Assembly (NCBI GenBank): GCA_951406725.2
Contig: OX597828.1
Span: forward strand, 7,378,001 to 7,442,000
DNA: 64,000 nt
Direction of reading: 5' to 3'
Origin: Octopus vulgaris
Taxonomy: Eukaryota
Shown: piece after piece, positions 26,609 through 39,399 of the stretch
Layout: every line of letters starts with the position of its first letter
How positions within the stretch are numbered: the first letter of the stretch is position 1
The notes under the pieces: generated by a model
Seen by the model: only the letters and a program-made list of their open reading frames with translations
Databases searched by the model: none
What the model was told of the DNA's origin: nothing
Made by a program: the position numbers and the translations under genes

Positions 26609-27660
26609 GTCTTCCTCTCTGCTTTCTGTCTGTCTCTTTCGCTCTCTGTCAATGTACGCTTTAGTACATACACGCACAGACATACACACATATTCCCTCT
26701 GTTTTGTGTGTGTGAATATGCTAATATGTGTCTGTGTGTGTGTGTGCATGTGTGTCTCTGTGTGTGTGTGTGCGCGTGGGTGTGCATGTGTGTAGATATA
26801 TACACATATATTTATATATATATATATGTTTATATACACATATGTGTGTATATATATATGCATACATGTGTGTCAATGTGATAAACTACGTTTACAACGT
26901 ATAGGTAATTTATCAAACGTAATTGTCATCTGCATCAGGACGCTCATCAGAATTCAGAACATGTAGATATCAACACACACACACACACGCCCACACACAC
27001 GCACACAAACACACACACACGCCCACACGCGCACACACACACACGCGCACACTCGTAGAACTATACTCGCGTCCACATACATGGACACATCAGTCTTTAC
27101 AGAAACATCCACATACATAGAGAAATAAAGATTCGCACGTATACATAAAGAGCGTTACAAAGACACACAAGCTATGTTGGTTTCCTGAAAGCATCGTTGG
27201 TTTTACTGTTTTGCTTGTGGTGTATTTAGTTCAATGTTTCAATGTTCTACGTTCAATTCCCATAGGGAATATCATCCTTACACAAACGAAAGATAAGACA
27301 AAGAAGCAACAGGGTTGCACTTTCGATTTAATTAGATTTTTCTCCCCCGATAAACGAGGGCGCTTCTACTGAGACCCACGAGAGTGATTCTGCGTAGGCA
27401 CTTAATTTGTCCAACGTCATTTCTTCTTGAAAAAACTGTATATCATTTAATACAAAGGCCACCATTTTGAAGTCGTAGATTAGTGACTTAGAAACCCTTT
27501 GCTTTTTATATTTGATATTCAATAAGCCCCTGCTTTTATTTCTTACTTCTAGTATACTTATATTATATCCTACAGTAAGAAGCCTGCCGATTTCCTAGAA
27601 ATAGCAGCCATATCTACGTCAAATTTTGAAAAAGAAAATGACACATTATATATATATGTG

Positions 27661-27692
<32 letters not shown>

Positions 27693-27876
27693 AGTGGAAT
27701 TCTCTCTCTGTCTTTTCTCCCACCCTCTCTCTCTCTATTTATCTATCTATATATATACATACACATACACACGCAATCCACTCAACATATTTTATATAAG
27801 CGTACACACACATATATACATATAAATATATATTTACACATTATCTATCTATCTATCTATCTATACGCACACACAC

Positions 27877-27939
<63 letters not shown>

Positions 27940-27964
27940 TACAATAATAATAATAATCATAATA

Positions 27965-28376
27965 GCTATATAAATGTATCTGTCAAGACCTACCATAACA
28001 TAGAAATGGGCAAAATGTGGAACCTGAAGGATAAAACAATACCTGTTGTCATACTTGCCCTTGGAATGATAGCAAAAGGGGCTGATTGCTACCTAGTTCA
28101 GATACCAGAAAACTCCCAAATGGCACAAATTCAAAAGATAGTGCTCAAGGGAACTGCCCATATCACACGTAAAATACTATGGAATCTAAAATTTTAAAAC
28201 AAACTCATAATTTTCTTATATTTTCTTAAACATTCCCTTGAATAATACTATGGGCAAAACCAAATATATGACACCCTTGGCATAACACCAACATGAACTT
28301 CTAACTTGTTGTCTCTTGAGGTCTCTGGGTGAGACTTGGAGCCAACTTGTACAAATACAAAGCAAAAATCAAACAT
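27965..28376 (+). pseudogene. R4/Dong-like RLE LINE 3' fragment inside (TAA)n
   Basis: IEMGKMWNLK..TIPVVILALG..IQKIVLKGTAHITRKIL matches the R4-clade endonuclease C-terminus. (TAA)n lies on both sides (27878-27960, 28377-28505). Confidence 0.75.
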
Positions 28377-28391
28377 ATAATAATAATAATG

Positions 28392-28471
<80 letters not shown>

Positions 28472-28544
28472 AACAACAGTAATAATAATTATAATAATAA
28501 TAATAAGGATTATTATGATGTAGCATTAGCATTACCTTTAATTC

Positions 28545-28579
<35 letters not shown>

Positions 28580-28583
<4 letters not shown>

Positions 28584-29339
28584 GGTTTGCTGTGCTTGAA
28601 AAGATATGTCAAGCTAAATAAGAGCGTGGTTATCCTTGTATACAGTTTGTCCACTACATCCCTCTCCAGCAGACCCTTTCTTACCTTGCGGATTCGTGGC
28701 CGCTGGTGTCACGTAAAAGGCACCCGTACCGGTGCCGCGTAAATGCACCCGTGCCGGTGCTGCGTAAAAGCACCCAATACACTCTATAAATGGTTGGCAT
28801 CACAAAGGTCAACTAGCCGTAGAATCCATGCCAAAGGCGGCGAGCTGGCAGAAACGTTAGCACGCCGGGCGAAATGCGTAGCCTTATTTCGTCTGCTGCT
28901 ACATTCTAAGTTCAAATTCCGCCGAGGTCGACTTTGTCTTTCATCCTTTCGGGATCGATTAAATAAGTACCAGTTACGCACTGGGATCGATATAATCGAC
29001 TTAATCCGTTTGTCTGTCCTTGTTTGTCCTCTCCGTGTTTAGCCCCTTGTGGGTAGTAAAGAAATAGGTATTTCGTCAGCCGCTACTTTCTGAGCTCAAA
29101 TTCCGCCGAGGTCGTCTTTGCCTTTCATTCTTTCGGGGTCGATAAATTAAGTACCAGTTACGCACTGGGGTCGATGTAATCTTTGTCTGTCCTTGTTTGT
29201 CTCCTCTATGTTTAGCCTCTTGTGGGCAATAAAGAAATAAGAATCCATGCCAAAACAGGCACGGAGCCTGGCCAGCTCTTCAGCCGGTCAGCTTCTGTCG
29301 AACCGTCCAATCCATACCAGCATGAAAAACAGATGTTAA

Positions 29340-29370
<31 letters not shown>
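28580..29370 (+). mobile_element. SINE-like element with (GAT)n tail, interrupted by a family D dimer
   Basis: Internal GGTGCC.CGTAAAAGCACC repeats. The sequence resumes after the TSD AGAATCCATGCCAAA and ends GTTAAA(TGA)n. Confidence 0.6.
28836..29239 (+). mobile_element. Family D SINE dimer (full unit plus headless unit)
   Basis: 15-bp TSD AGAATCCATGCCAAA at 28821-28835 and 29240-29254; internal junction AAATAG|GTATTTCG at ~29067. Confidence 0.9.
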
Positions 29371-29371
<1 letters not shown>

Positions 29372-30604
29372 ATATTTTAATTGAACCACTACGCATCATA
29401 CTCCTGATTCTGACCAAGTTAAATTCCTTGGTGCTGACGCCCCATAATAGCTTGGCCCAATGGTTAACATAAGTAAAAATGTTCATAATCTTGCTAGCAG
29501 CCTTAGTTGGTTTCAGATTTTGGCAGAAGGCTAGTAATTTCAAGGTAGCAATAAGTATTCAACCGGTATTTATTTTATCGACCCCGAAAGGATGAAAAGC
29601 AAAGTCGACCTCGGCGGAGTTCGAACTCACAACCCAAAGTCGGAAGAAAAGCCGCTGTTTCTTTTTTTTTTATGGTAACGATTTTGTCAGCACATCGCCA
29701 TAATTTTGATATTAATATTGATTTAAAAGAAATATATTGCACCATACAATCCAGCGTTGTAGCAGAACCTTTGGCACCTTGCTCAAAATACATTGCGGTA
29801 TTTCTTCCATCTTTATGTTCTGAGTTCCGAGGTCGGCTTTGTATTTTGTCCGTTGTCTTTCATTCTAAAATAAATACTAATCAAGCTCTGGAGTCGATGA
29901 AATCGACTTACCCCTGTTCCCAAAATTGCTGACCATGGGCCAAAATTTTAAGATAATATTCAAATTTTAAAATGACAACAAAAGAATAAAAAATCCTAAA
30001 CTGAACACGCCAGGGCTGAAATTTGGAAAAACTGAAGACTACTAAAAAAAGAAAAAAAAGGAATGCTTCTAAATGGATAGAAAGTTCCATTTTATTGTAG
30101 TCTTTAAACAGAGAACTACCGTCCTAGTTTTTGACTTGTAGTGATTAAGAAAATAGGTCAGTAACATCATTTGGGCTCAAACACCTCCCCTCACCTCTAA
30201 GGCATTAAGGGCCAAAAGAATATTTGTTCACAGCTGACATTAAAACATCTCAAGTGATATTCCCATCTTCTCTGACACGTTAAATGTTTTTAAAAAAAAG
30301 CTATTTCATACTCATCGACAAGAAAAAACTCCTTGAGTTCCATTCTAAACTCCTAATTAAAGCGAATATCTGAATTTAATAAAAAAAAAATTATATATTC
30401 ATTAAAGATTTTTAATCTTTGTCTTTTATATTTTTTTTATATATCTTTTTTTTTTCACCGGTAATTTTTATCCTGTCTTACAGAGGAATAACATTAATTT
30501 GAAATAGACGTGGTGCATGCAAAACTGTACGAGAAAACAAAATGAGTAATTGAAGAAAACTGTACGAAAATGTTTATGTATGACGCATGCATGCATATAC
30601 ATTT

Positions 30605-30636
<32 letters not shown>

Positions 30637-30641
<5 letters not shown>

Positions 30642-31122
30642 TTTCAAGTTTTGGTACAAAGCTTGCAATTTTGACGGAGGGAATAAACCGATTACATCGC
30701 CCCCTGTGTTCAACTGGTACTTGTTTTATCGACTCCCAAAAGATGCAACGTAAATTCGACCTCGGCGGAATTTCCACACTGAACGTGAATATGAACGAAA
30801 TACCTATTTCTTTACTACCCACAAGGGGCTAAACACAGAGAGGACAAACAAGGACAAACAAACGGATTAAGTCGATTATATCGACCCCAGTGCGTAACTG
30901 GTACATATTTAATATACCCTGAAAGGATGAAAACGCAGAGAGGACAAACAAACTGATTAAGTCGATTATATCGACTCCAGTGCGTAACTGGTACTTACTT
31001 AATTGACCCCGAAGGGATGAAAGGCAAAGTCGACTTCGGCGGAATTTGAACTCAGAACGTAACCGTAGATGAAATACCACTAAGCATTCTGTCCGTCATA
31101 CTAGTGATTCAACCAGATCGGT
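30637..31122 (-). mobile_element. Family D SINE array (old copy with younger units inside)
   Basis: Old-type tail at 30637-30680, junction GAAATAC|CTATTTC at ~30803, diverged head at 31070-31122. Confidence 0.8.
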
Positions 31123-31147
31123 GTATTTGTGTGTGTGTGTGTGTGTG

Positions 31148-31204
<57 letters not shown>

Positions 31205-31545
31205 ATTGCTGGTAGGAACATCGTATTTCAATATGCAAGAATATATAGTAACGAGTGTATTAAAGGTTTATAAGCCAATGCTGTGCCCCACCCGTGCTAG
31301 CAGTACAATTAAATCACATTTTGAAGTTATTTCTAAAGATTTCCTATGGAATTTAGAGCCAGCATAAAAGTTACCTCGTTTCGTTTACGAACACGTCTAA
31401 GTAAACAGTGCGACCGAAGACAGAAAAATAGTTATTGGGTTTATATACAAATATTAGGAGTTGTTAACTATCCTTCAGCACAACACCCAACTCATTGACC
31501 GTCCATTAAACAATGTATTCGTGGATGGTTAATGGGTTGGATATA

Positions 31546-31590
31546 TGTCCTGAAGAAGGTACAAGAACTCCTGAAATATGCATATACACC
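31546..31590 (+). ncRNA. Type I hammerhead, slightly decayed
   Basis: UGUC-CUGAAGA-AGG..CCU-GAAA-UAUGCAUA-UA-CAC; palindromic stem III; stem I is imperfect. Confidence 0.5.
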
Positions 31591-34201
31591 TAATGCCTAC
31601 AAAACGAACATTTTGAGCATTCCCCTAGAACCCTTTTCAAACCGCAAAATATGAAAGGATTATCGATCTCAATATTTAGTTTATCAAGATCCGGAAGGAG
31701 GACCGTTCTCACAGTTCCACTGTTGAACACCCTCGGTGTGGGGCATTTTTAATGACACTTAAAAGAGAGAAAGTAAAGTGACTTCGACAGGATTTGAACT
31801 TAGAGCGTAGACAATAACAATAAATACTCGATTCAGTCCAACTATCTAACGACACTGCCAATTGGCCATGTGTGTATATATGTGTATGTGTTTTAGGCTT
31901 GTGTAAGAATATGCAGGATTTGAGCTCAAAGTGTAAAACGCCGAGGCAAAGACGCTGCCAAGCATTCAAATCGGAGATCCCACAAATTCTTATTCGCCGT
32001 CAATGGCAAATGCGATAACGATATATCCTAACCAGTGTTATACCTCGATATATATGAGATGGTTATTACATATCCTTCTCGTGTATATCGGGTATGTTCA
32101 GAATGACGTTGTAGAATAAAGATGTCATTGCAATTGATGTTAAAGGAATGACAGAATCACTAGAGCGTCGGACAAATCTCTTGCGGTATTTGTTCCGGCT
32201 ATGAAACTCTGTTGTAATATAACCTGGATTGGGTAAAAGTGCGTGCGGACAGGCGTGTGTGTGCGTGCGTGCGTGCGTTATTATGTTGTTGAGTCCTGAT
32301 CCGAAAGATCTGAAGATGCAATATATTTCAGCCTTGACTTCCCGTTCTTCTCGTTAGACGATCATATCTTAATCATTACGTTGTTCTATTTTCTTCGTTA
32401 GTGCCTTGTCATTTGAAGGAAATTTAGCTACTATTTCAAGCAGATTTTACATCGAAGCTCCATTATTAACTCCCGTGCGTTTGTGTGTTTGTGTGTGTGT
32501 GTTTGTGTGTGTGTGTGCAAGCGTGCGTGCATGTGTCATATGTATGTGCATGTGTATGCGTGTGTGTGTGTGCGCGCATTATCCTTTTGTCAGGAGGGAG
32601 GGTAATACTCATGACCTTTAGAGGTCATCCGAGTCAAATGTATGGGAGAAAAGTATCTTCAACCTGAAATTCTAGCCCGAATGCTTGCAACAGTGTGATG
32701 TCCGCTCAAGGTAATGTTAAATCATGCGGTCAGTTAAGTCAACAGTCTAGCCCCGCTTTGGTGCGATTTGAAACCAGAATACAAAGAGTTTGAAGATATG
32801 CTGTAAGACATCCGCCCCCAACGTTCTTACAGTTCCACCCTTGAACACCCTCGGTGTGGGGCATTTTTAATGACACTTAAAAGAGAGAAGGCAAAGTGAC
32901 TTCGACAGGATTTGAACTTAGAGCGTAGACAATAACAATAAATACCCGATTCAGTCCAACTGTCTAACGACACTACCAATTGTCCGTGTGTGTATATATA
33001 TATGTGTGTGTGGTTTAAGCTTATGTGTAAAAGTGATGTGGTATCTTATGTGTTTTGTGTGCGGGCATGCATTCCTAAATTTGAGCTTTGAGTCTGTACG
33101 TGTATATGTGTGTATGTTTGTATAAGTTTGAGTGTGTGTGATCGTGTATATGTAAATGTAGCTATGTTTATGACAAAATAAACTATGCATTTAAAATCAC
33201 ACACTAAGACAATCCTTACTGTTGGCGGTGGAGCCAGATAATGTCAATAATGAGGTCATGAACTCCGGTCAAAATTGTTCACTGTAACAGGACGTCACCA
33301 CAATAAAATAAATATTTAGGAATCTGTTGAGGAAGAAAGAAACAGGTCTTCTTTCCTTTTGTTGAAAGTTGGATAAATAGCCTCTAATTTCACCCGTACG
33401 CCTTGCTCAACTTATTTTATCAACTAAGGCAGCAGTTGCTGGAATGGTTGTAAGTATATTGAAGACTTGGAATATTACAAAAGCCTAAATACAGGTCGAA
33501 TATGCTGAGATAAAAAAAAAAAAAAAAGTGAATATAAATAAATTACAATGAACATACAGTATTATTGAACGAGTTATGTTGTTTATCAATATCTAGAACA
33601 ACTACGGGATATAACTCCAGGCATGTTTCTCCGTTAACGAAAATCATCAGAAGGAAAGTAGCGTGCCCGTAAAATAGCTAAGATGTTTGGAGACACATAA
33701 CTACATAAATACAGAGAAATGCATATTCACTGATGAATTCTTTACAAACTGAGTAATTCTGAAACATCGCACATAGTGATAAACGTGCGTATACACATTA
33801 ACACACTCACATATACTAACACATACACACAGAGGCACATATTCACATATACACACTCACAAACGATAGATAATATGCAAGTGCACTCACGAAAGTTTTT
33901 ATAACAAGGGGTATCGACATTTTGATCTGATATTATAAGCCCTAACATGCATACATACACACATACACACATACCTGCATACATACACACTCAAACATAT
34001 ATACATATCTATATATAATCGGAAGAGGATGCGTGGCGTTCAATCATACAATGATATAAATTATATATGCATATATGTTACAGAGAGAGTAAATTTACTA
34101 CTATCATGTTCTTAAGAATGAAATCAACCCCTCTGTCTATATAACTACTCTCTTTATAATGTTGGCAAACGAAATAGAGATAAGAATGTGCATTGTCTGT
34201 T

Positions 34202-34244
<43 letters not shown>

Positions 34245-34253
34245 TATAGAAGG

Positions 34254-34304
34254 AGCTTCTACAGGACTAGAACTGTTTCATTCAAGAGAAATCATCAGGA
34301 AGCT
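34254..34304 (-). ncRNA. Type I hammerhead ribozyme (left inverted copy)
   Basis: AGCUUC-CUGAUGA-U-UUC-UCUU-GAA-U-GAAA-CAG-8nt-CUG-UA|GAAGCU. Confidence 0.75.
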
Positions 34305-34419
34305 AGTTAACAAGAATTGTATTGGCATTTATACATTTAGGCAGGTTTAAAGGGGTGGTGGTGGGGGACATTTTGGGGGTAGGCATAGCGCAAAAATATC
34401 ATACTTGGGGGAGTGGTCA

Positions 34420-34507
34420 TATATATATGTGTGTAAGTGTGTGTATATATGTATGTGTAAGTGTGTGTGTGTGTGTATGAGTATGTATGTATGTATGCAC
34501 ACATGTG

Positions 34508-34544
<37 letters not shown>

Positions 34545-34619
34545 GTGTGTATGTATATGTATGTGTGTGTGTGTATATATATATGTGTGTGTGTGTATGT
34601 GTGTATATGTATATGTATG

Positions 34620-34666
<47 letters not shown>

Positions 34667-34697
34667 GTGTGTATGTGTATGTATGTGTATGTATATG

Positions 34698-34744
<47 letters not shown>

Positions 34745-34881
34745 ATGTAAATATATATGTATATATGTGTGTGTATGTGTATGTGTATATGTACATATAC
34801 GTGTACGCTCGTGTGTTTATGTATATGTAGGTACGTAGAGTTATGTATGTATGTATGTATGTATATGTACATATGTGTAAG

Positions 34882-34924
<43 letters not shown>

Positions 34925-35300
34925 AAGTTTATATGTATGTATCCGTCTGTATAATGGGTAACTGCACGTATATATACTTAATATTTATTATTTATTTTTT
35001 GAGTATGCATGTATGTATATGAATAACTGCACGTATATATATTTTATTATTTATTTTTTGAGTATGCATGTAAGTATATGAACATAAGGAGGCGCGTGTG
35101 TGTGTGTGTATGTGTAAGCATATGTATAGATATATGTATACTTTTACGCATGTGTGTACTTATGTGTATATATGGATGCGCGCGTGTGTGTGTGTGTATG
35201 GGTACGCAGGTATATGTGTATGTGTGTGTATGTATATGTGTATGTATGTGTGTGTGTATATATGTATATGTATGTATGTACATGTATGTATGTGTATATG

Positions 35301-35331
<31 letters not shown>

Positions 35332-35459
35332 GTATGTGTATATGTATGTATATGTATGTGTATGTATGCGCGTATATGTATGTATATGTATATGTGTGGG
35401 TGTGTGTATGTGTATATATGTATGTATGTATGGGTGTATGTATATGTATGTATATATAC

Positions 35460-35515
<56 letters not shown>

Positions 35516-35914
35516 TTGTATGTAGGTGTATATGTATGTGTGTATATATATTTATTGGTGTATATGTATGGACTAGTCTTCTAAGCGTGTAGACATGAAT
35601 CTGTAGGTACGCGTACGTATGTGTATATATGTGAATGTATGTAGATGTATGTATGTATGAATATAACGCGTGCGTTCGTGTATGTGTATGAGTGTACGAA
35701 TGAGTGAGTGTGCGTGCTAATGAGTGTGCGTGCGTGAGTGAGTGCTTGTGTTCGAGTAGAAAGATAAATGGACTTGTTGTCGTAGCCAAGATGCTTGTGA
35801 CCCGCGGTCAAAGATAACAAAAGTAATAAATGAAGATAATAATAAAATTAAAATTAGGGAATGGGTTTGTATTTGTATGTATATGTGTGTATGTGTAGGT
35901 ATGTATAGGTACAC

Positions 35915-35980
<66 letters not shown>

Positions 35981-36213
35981 GTGTATATATGGACTTGTGT
36001 GTGCATGTGTGTATGTAGATATGTGTGTGTATGTGTGTATGTGTATGTGTGTGTATGTATATATTTTGTGTGTATATGTATGTGTGAGCGTGTGTGTATA
36101 TATACATATGTGTGTGTGTATATGTATGCATATATATGTATATATATATATATATGTATATATATGTATATATATATGTATATATGTGTGTGTGTGTGTG
36201 TATGTATGTTGTG

Positions 36214-36252
<39 letters not shown>

Positions 36253-36280
36253 ATATATATACATATGTGTATATGTATAA
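34420..36280. repeat. ~1.9-kb compound (TA/TG/TATG) microsatellite tract
   Basis: Read directly; includes an internal ~50-bp direct repeat at 34958-35013/35024-35072. Confidence 0.9.
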
Positions 36281-36486
36281 ATGAGAATCTCCTTATTTAC
36301 CTAAAACTCTATTCTTCTATAAATTTTTTATTCTTTTATTTATTCTTTTATCTAATTTACCACTGACTCCTTGACCACTCCCCCAAGTATGATATTTTTG
36401 CGCTATGCCTACCCCCAAAAAGTCCCCCACCACCACCCCTTTAAACCTGCCTAAATGTATAAATGCCAATACAATTCTTGTTATCT

Positions 36487-36537
36487 AGCTTCCTGATGAT
36501 TTCTCTTGAATGAAACAGTTCTAATCCTGTAGAAGCT
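36487..36537 (+). ncRNA. Type I hammerhead ribozyme (right copy)
   Basis: Stem I AGCUUC/GAAGCU, core CUGAUGA 36493-99, GAAA 36512-15, stem III ACAG/CUGU, predicted cleavage after GUA at 36531. U-U occupies the first stem II pair. Confidence 0.8.
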
Positions 36538-36621
36538 CCTTCTATATAATAAATTAATTTTACTCTGCTATGTATTGAGTACCTTATTTACTGTGGTTAA
36601 CCCCGAATCAACCCGGGACCT

Positions 36622-36657
<36 letters not shown>

Positions 36658-36659
<2 letters not shown>

Positions 36660-37320
36660 TGGCAGCCCCCTCGTTATCGAGTATGGCCATTGCACGAAGC
36701 TTAATCAATGTTGTTATCGTGCAATGCCTGTGCAAGAAGATTTTTTTAAAGAGAGGAACGGCTGTGAACCGAGTCAAATTCACTCACTAAGCAACACCAG
36801 CCATAATCCGAAAAGAAGAACAAGTCAACATCATCGGTAACCACTGAGCCGCAAGTTTTATATCGGAGTTATCCCAGTTACCTGAGATACCTTCTCCTCG
36901 AAGGATGCCCTAACAAAGGCTAGGAGTTCACTCCCAATGGTTTAACCGCGCGATCGAGTATTCAGTCCGATTATTTCTATGTTCCCGCGCATGAAACAGC
37001 CTTAAGACATTTATTGAATGGCCGTTGACTCTCAAGAGTTCCTCCGCCCTTTGACCGGTTTTGTTTTTCATCCTGCAGGATGTCCAATAAACACCCTCCT
37101 CACTAGGCAAGCATGGTGGGGTTGCCGGTTTAGTCACCGACGACCCGACCATGCAACAGGTTGTACTGGGTTACATGTTACCAGTAGCACTCGAAAGTGA
37201 CGACGAGCAGGACTTATGAGTCGACCATAGAAGCAACTCTGCTACATCCACAAATGGTCTGCATGAACAGGTAGGCCTACAACCGTTATGGATAAACGAG
37301 CAACGGCTTGTTGAGACCTT
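36658..37320 (-). mobile_element. Non-coding RTE-derived non-autonomous retroelement
   Basis: Bounded by (TA)n. 37015-37195 is homologous (inverted) to ~49340-49520, and 37197-37320 is nearly identical to 47563-47686. Resemblance to RTE 5' UTRs is from memory. Confidence 0.55.
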
Positions 37321-37329
37321 ATATATACA

Positions 37330-37857
37330 TATACATATACATATATATGAGCTAAGTTCAGGAAGAATAGTGTTCAAACTTTTTGGTGGATCCAAAAAGA
37401 GAGAAAAGGTGATTTCTAATAAGGATTCATCATATTCATGATAATCAGCCAAAACATGTAATAAGAATATGAAAATAATATTTAAGGAGATTCGTTATAG
37501 CTATATAAAAATATACCATAAACAAGTATAAAAAATGGAGAAAAGATGTTGAAACAGAAATAGATTTATTATAAAACTGGATTCAATGCATACGTACATT
37601 TCGAAAAACAATGCAAAAATGTAAGAAAAGGTTTAAATCATAGTTATTAAAATTTTAATTGAAAGTAAAAAATTAAAATTAAAAATATAAATAAAAATAA
37701 AATTTAATGTCCTTCAAAAGATTCATCACTGAGGAAAACGACAATGCTTAAATTAAATTTTAAATCTTATTTTTATTTTTATTCTTAATTCAATATCTCT
37801 TCATATTTTACTTGTTTATGGTATTTTGTTATATCTATAACGAATCTCCTCAAATAT
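37330..37857. mobile_element. AT-rich (TA)n-embedded fold-back element
   Basis: ~50-bp inverted repeat 37478-37528/37809-37857 ending at (TA)n. Confidence 0.5.
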
Positions 37858-37903
37858 ATATATATATATATATATGCATATATACATACATATATGTACA
37901 TAC

Positions 37904-37996
<93 letters not shown>

Positions 37997-38384
37997 CATA
38001 CGTGGGCACAGGACGTCACGAAACGTGTACAACAAAAAAGATACGAAGTACGAGTCCAAGGAATATGAACTATTTTTACGAACAACGAAAGAAACAAATG
38101 GAAAACAAAGCAAACGTCATAAAGAACGACCCTTCATCAGTTGTTGGCTGTTTTTCTAGTTTCGTATTTCGAGCATTTAACAGCAATATACGCTTTCGAT
38201 AAAACAGTTGCTCCCGCAAAGCAAATTAAATAAAATTTGGGATTTTGCGGATGGTGAAAATAGGTAACACACACAGGACAGTGAGAACAAACAGGAAGGG
38301 CTGCTAAGCCTAAATGAGGTTGTGGTGGCGAACGCGTAAATCAAAACAGGATAGGAGATACATATGCATATGTATGTCGATATG

Positions 38385-38442
<58 letters not shown>

Positions 38443-38625
38443 GGGAGAGTTCACGAAAAAAGCAAAAGACGAAGACAGGTGGTGTACAAAACAAACAGAT
38501 GTATTAGTATAACGCTCAGGAATAGAAAAAGTCTTTTACGTTTCGAGCCTACGCTCTTCTACACAAAGGGACTCAACAAAAAACAAGGAGTGAAAAAACT
38601 GTGTGTAGTGGCTACCGATCTATCA
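38443..38625 (-). mobile_element. Family E element (hammerhead variant 38533-38568)
   Basis: CUUU-GUGUAGA-A-GAGC-GUAG-GCUC-GAAAC-GUA-AAAG. Confidence 0.75.
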
Positions 38626-38862
38626 CATATATATATATGTATGTATGTATATTTATGTATACATATATACATTTGTGTGTATGAAATTAATATTGTAAAA
38701 TAATATCAATTTGAACCAGTGGTCAGAATACGTAAAAAACGTCCGAGGATTGTAAATTATATTTAAGTATAAATAAGAGAAGGGACCACTAGGTGGATTC
38801 GTTGTATGCTGAAAATGACGTCTACTTAGTGGTCATTGCTCTTATATATATATATATATATA

Positions 38863-39287
38863 TAAGTAGGTGAATGAATTATCCTAGTATTGATAATTCG
38901 GTTAATCGATACCTGGGTAGGAAATTCACGTCAAAAAACACGGTTGAAGCTACAAGCCAAGGGCAGAAACCCCGTGTTCTTGTGTGGTAATTTGTGTGTT
39001 TTCTTTATATTAATAAATGAAAGAATGGAGTCGAACGAAGATTTTAACAAAATTCCTTTACTCTCAACACATGTTTCGAAGACTGCATACTCTTAATTCC
39101 GAAGGAATAAAGGGTGCATTATGCCGTCTTCTCATCAGGAAAGACAAGGAACCTCTATCAGCCTCAAGACGAACAAAAACTTTTTTATGACTGCCTACAT
39201 GGAATTAAGAGTATGCAGTCTTCGAAACATGTGTTGAGAGTAAAGGAATTTTGTTAAAATCTTCGTTCGACTCCATTCTTTCATTTA

Positions 39288-39294
<7 letters not shown>
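38863..39294 (-). mobile_element. Penelope-like pLTR element with hammerhead (39061-39143) and 94-bp inverted terminal duplication
   Basis: CUUUC-CUGAUGA-GAAGAC..GUCUUC-GAAAC-AUGU-GUU-GAGAG. 39201-39294 is the reverse complement of 39007-39100; homologous to 43438-43777. Confidence 0.8.
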
Positions 39295-39368
<74 letters not shown>

Positions 39369-39399
39369 TATCATTTATCTTTTTACCTCTTTCAGACAT

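Noticed and set aside
28836-29239. Ribozyme inside family D units (retrozyme hypothesis)
   Set aside because: No CUGANGA/GAAA core on either strand of the unit, and no HDV or twister fold that I could identify.
38120-38185. GAAAC...CTGATGAAGG on the minus strand in a TA-flanked repeat
   Set aside because: Could not build stems or a cleavage triplet consistently.
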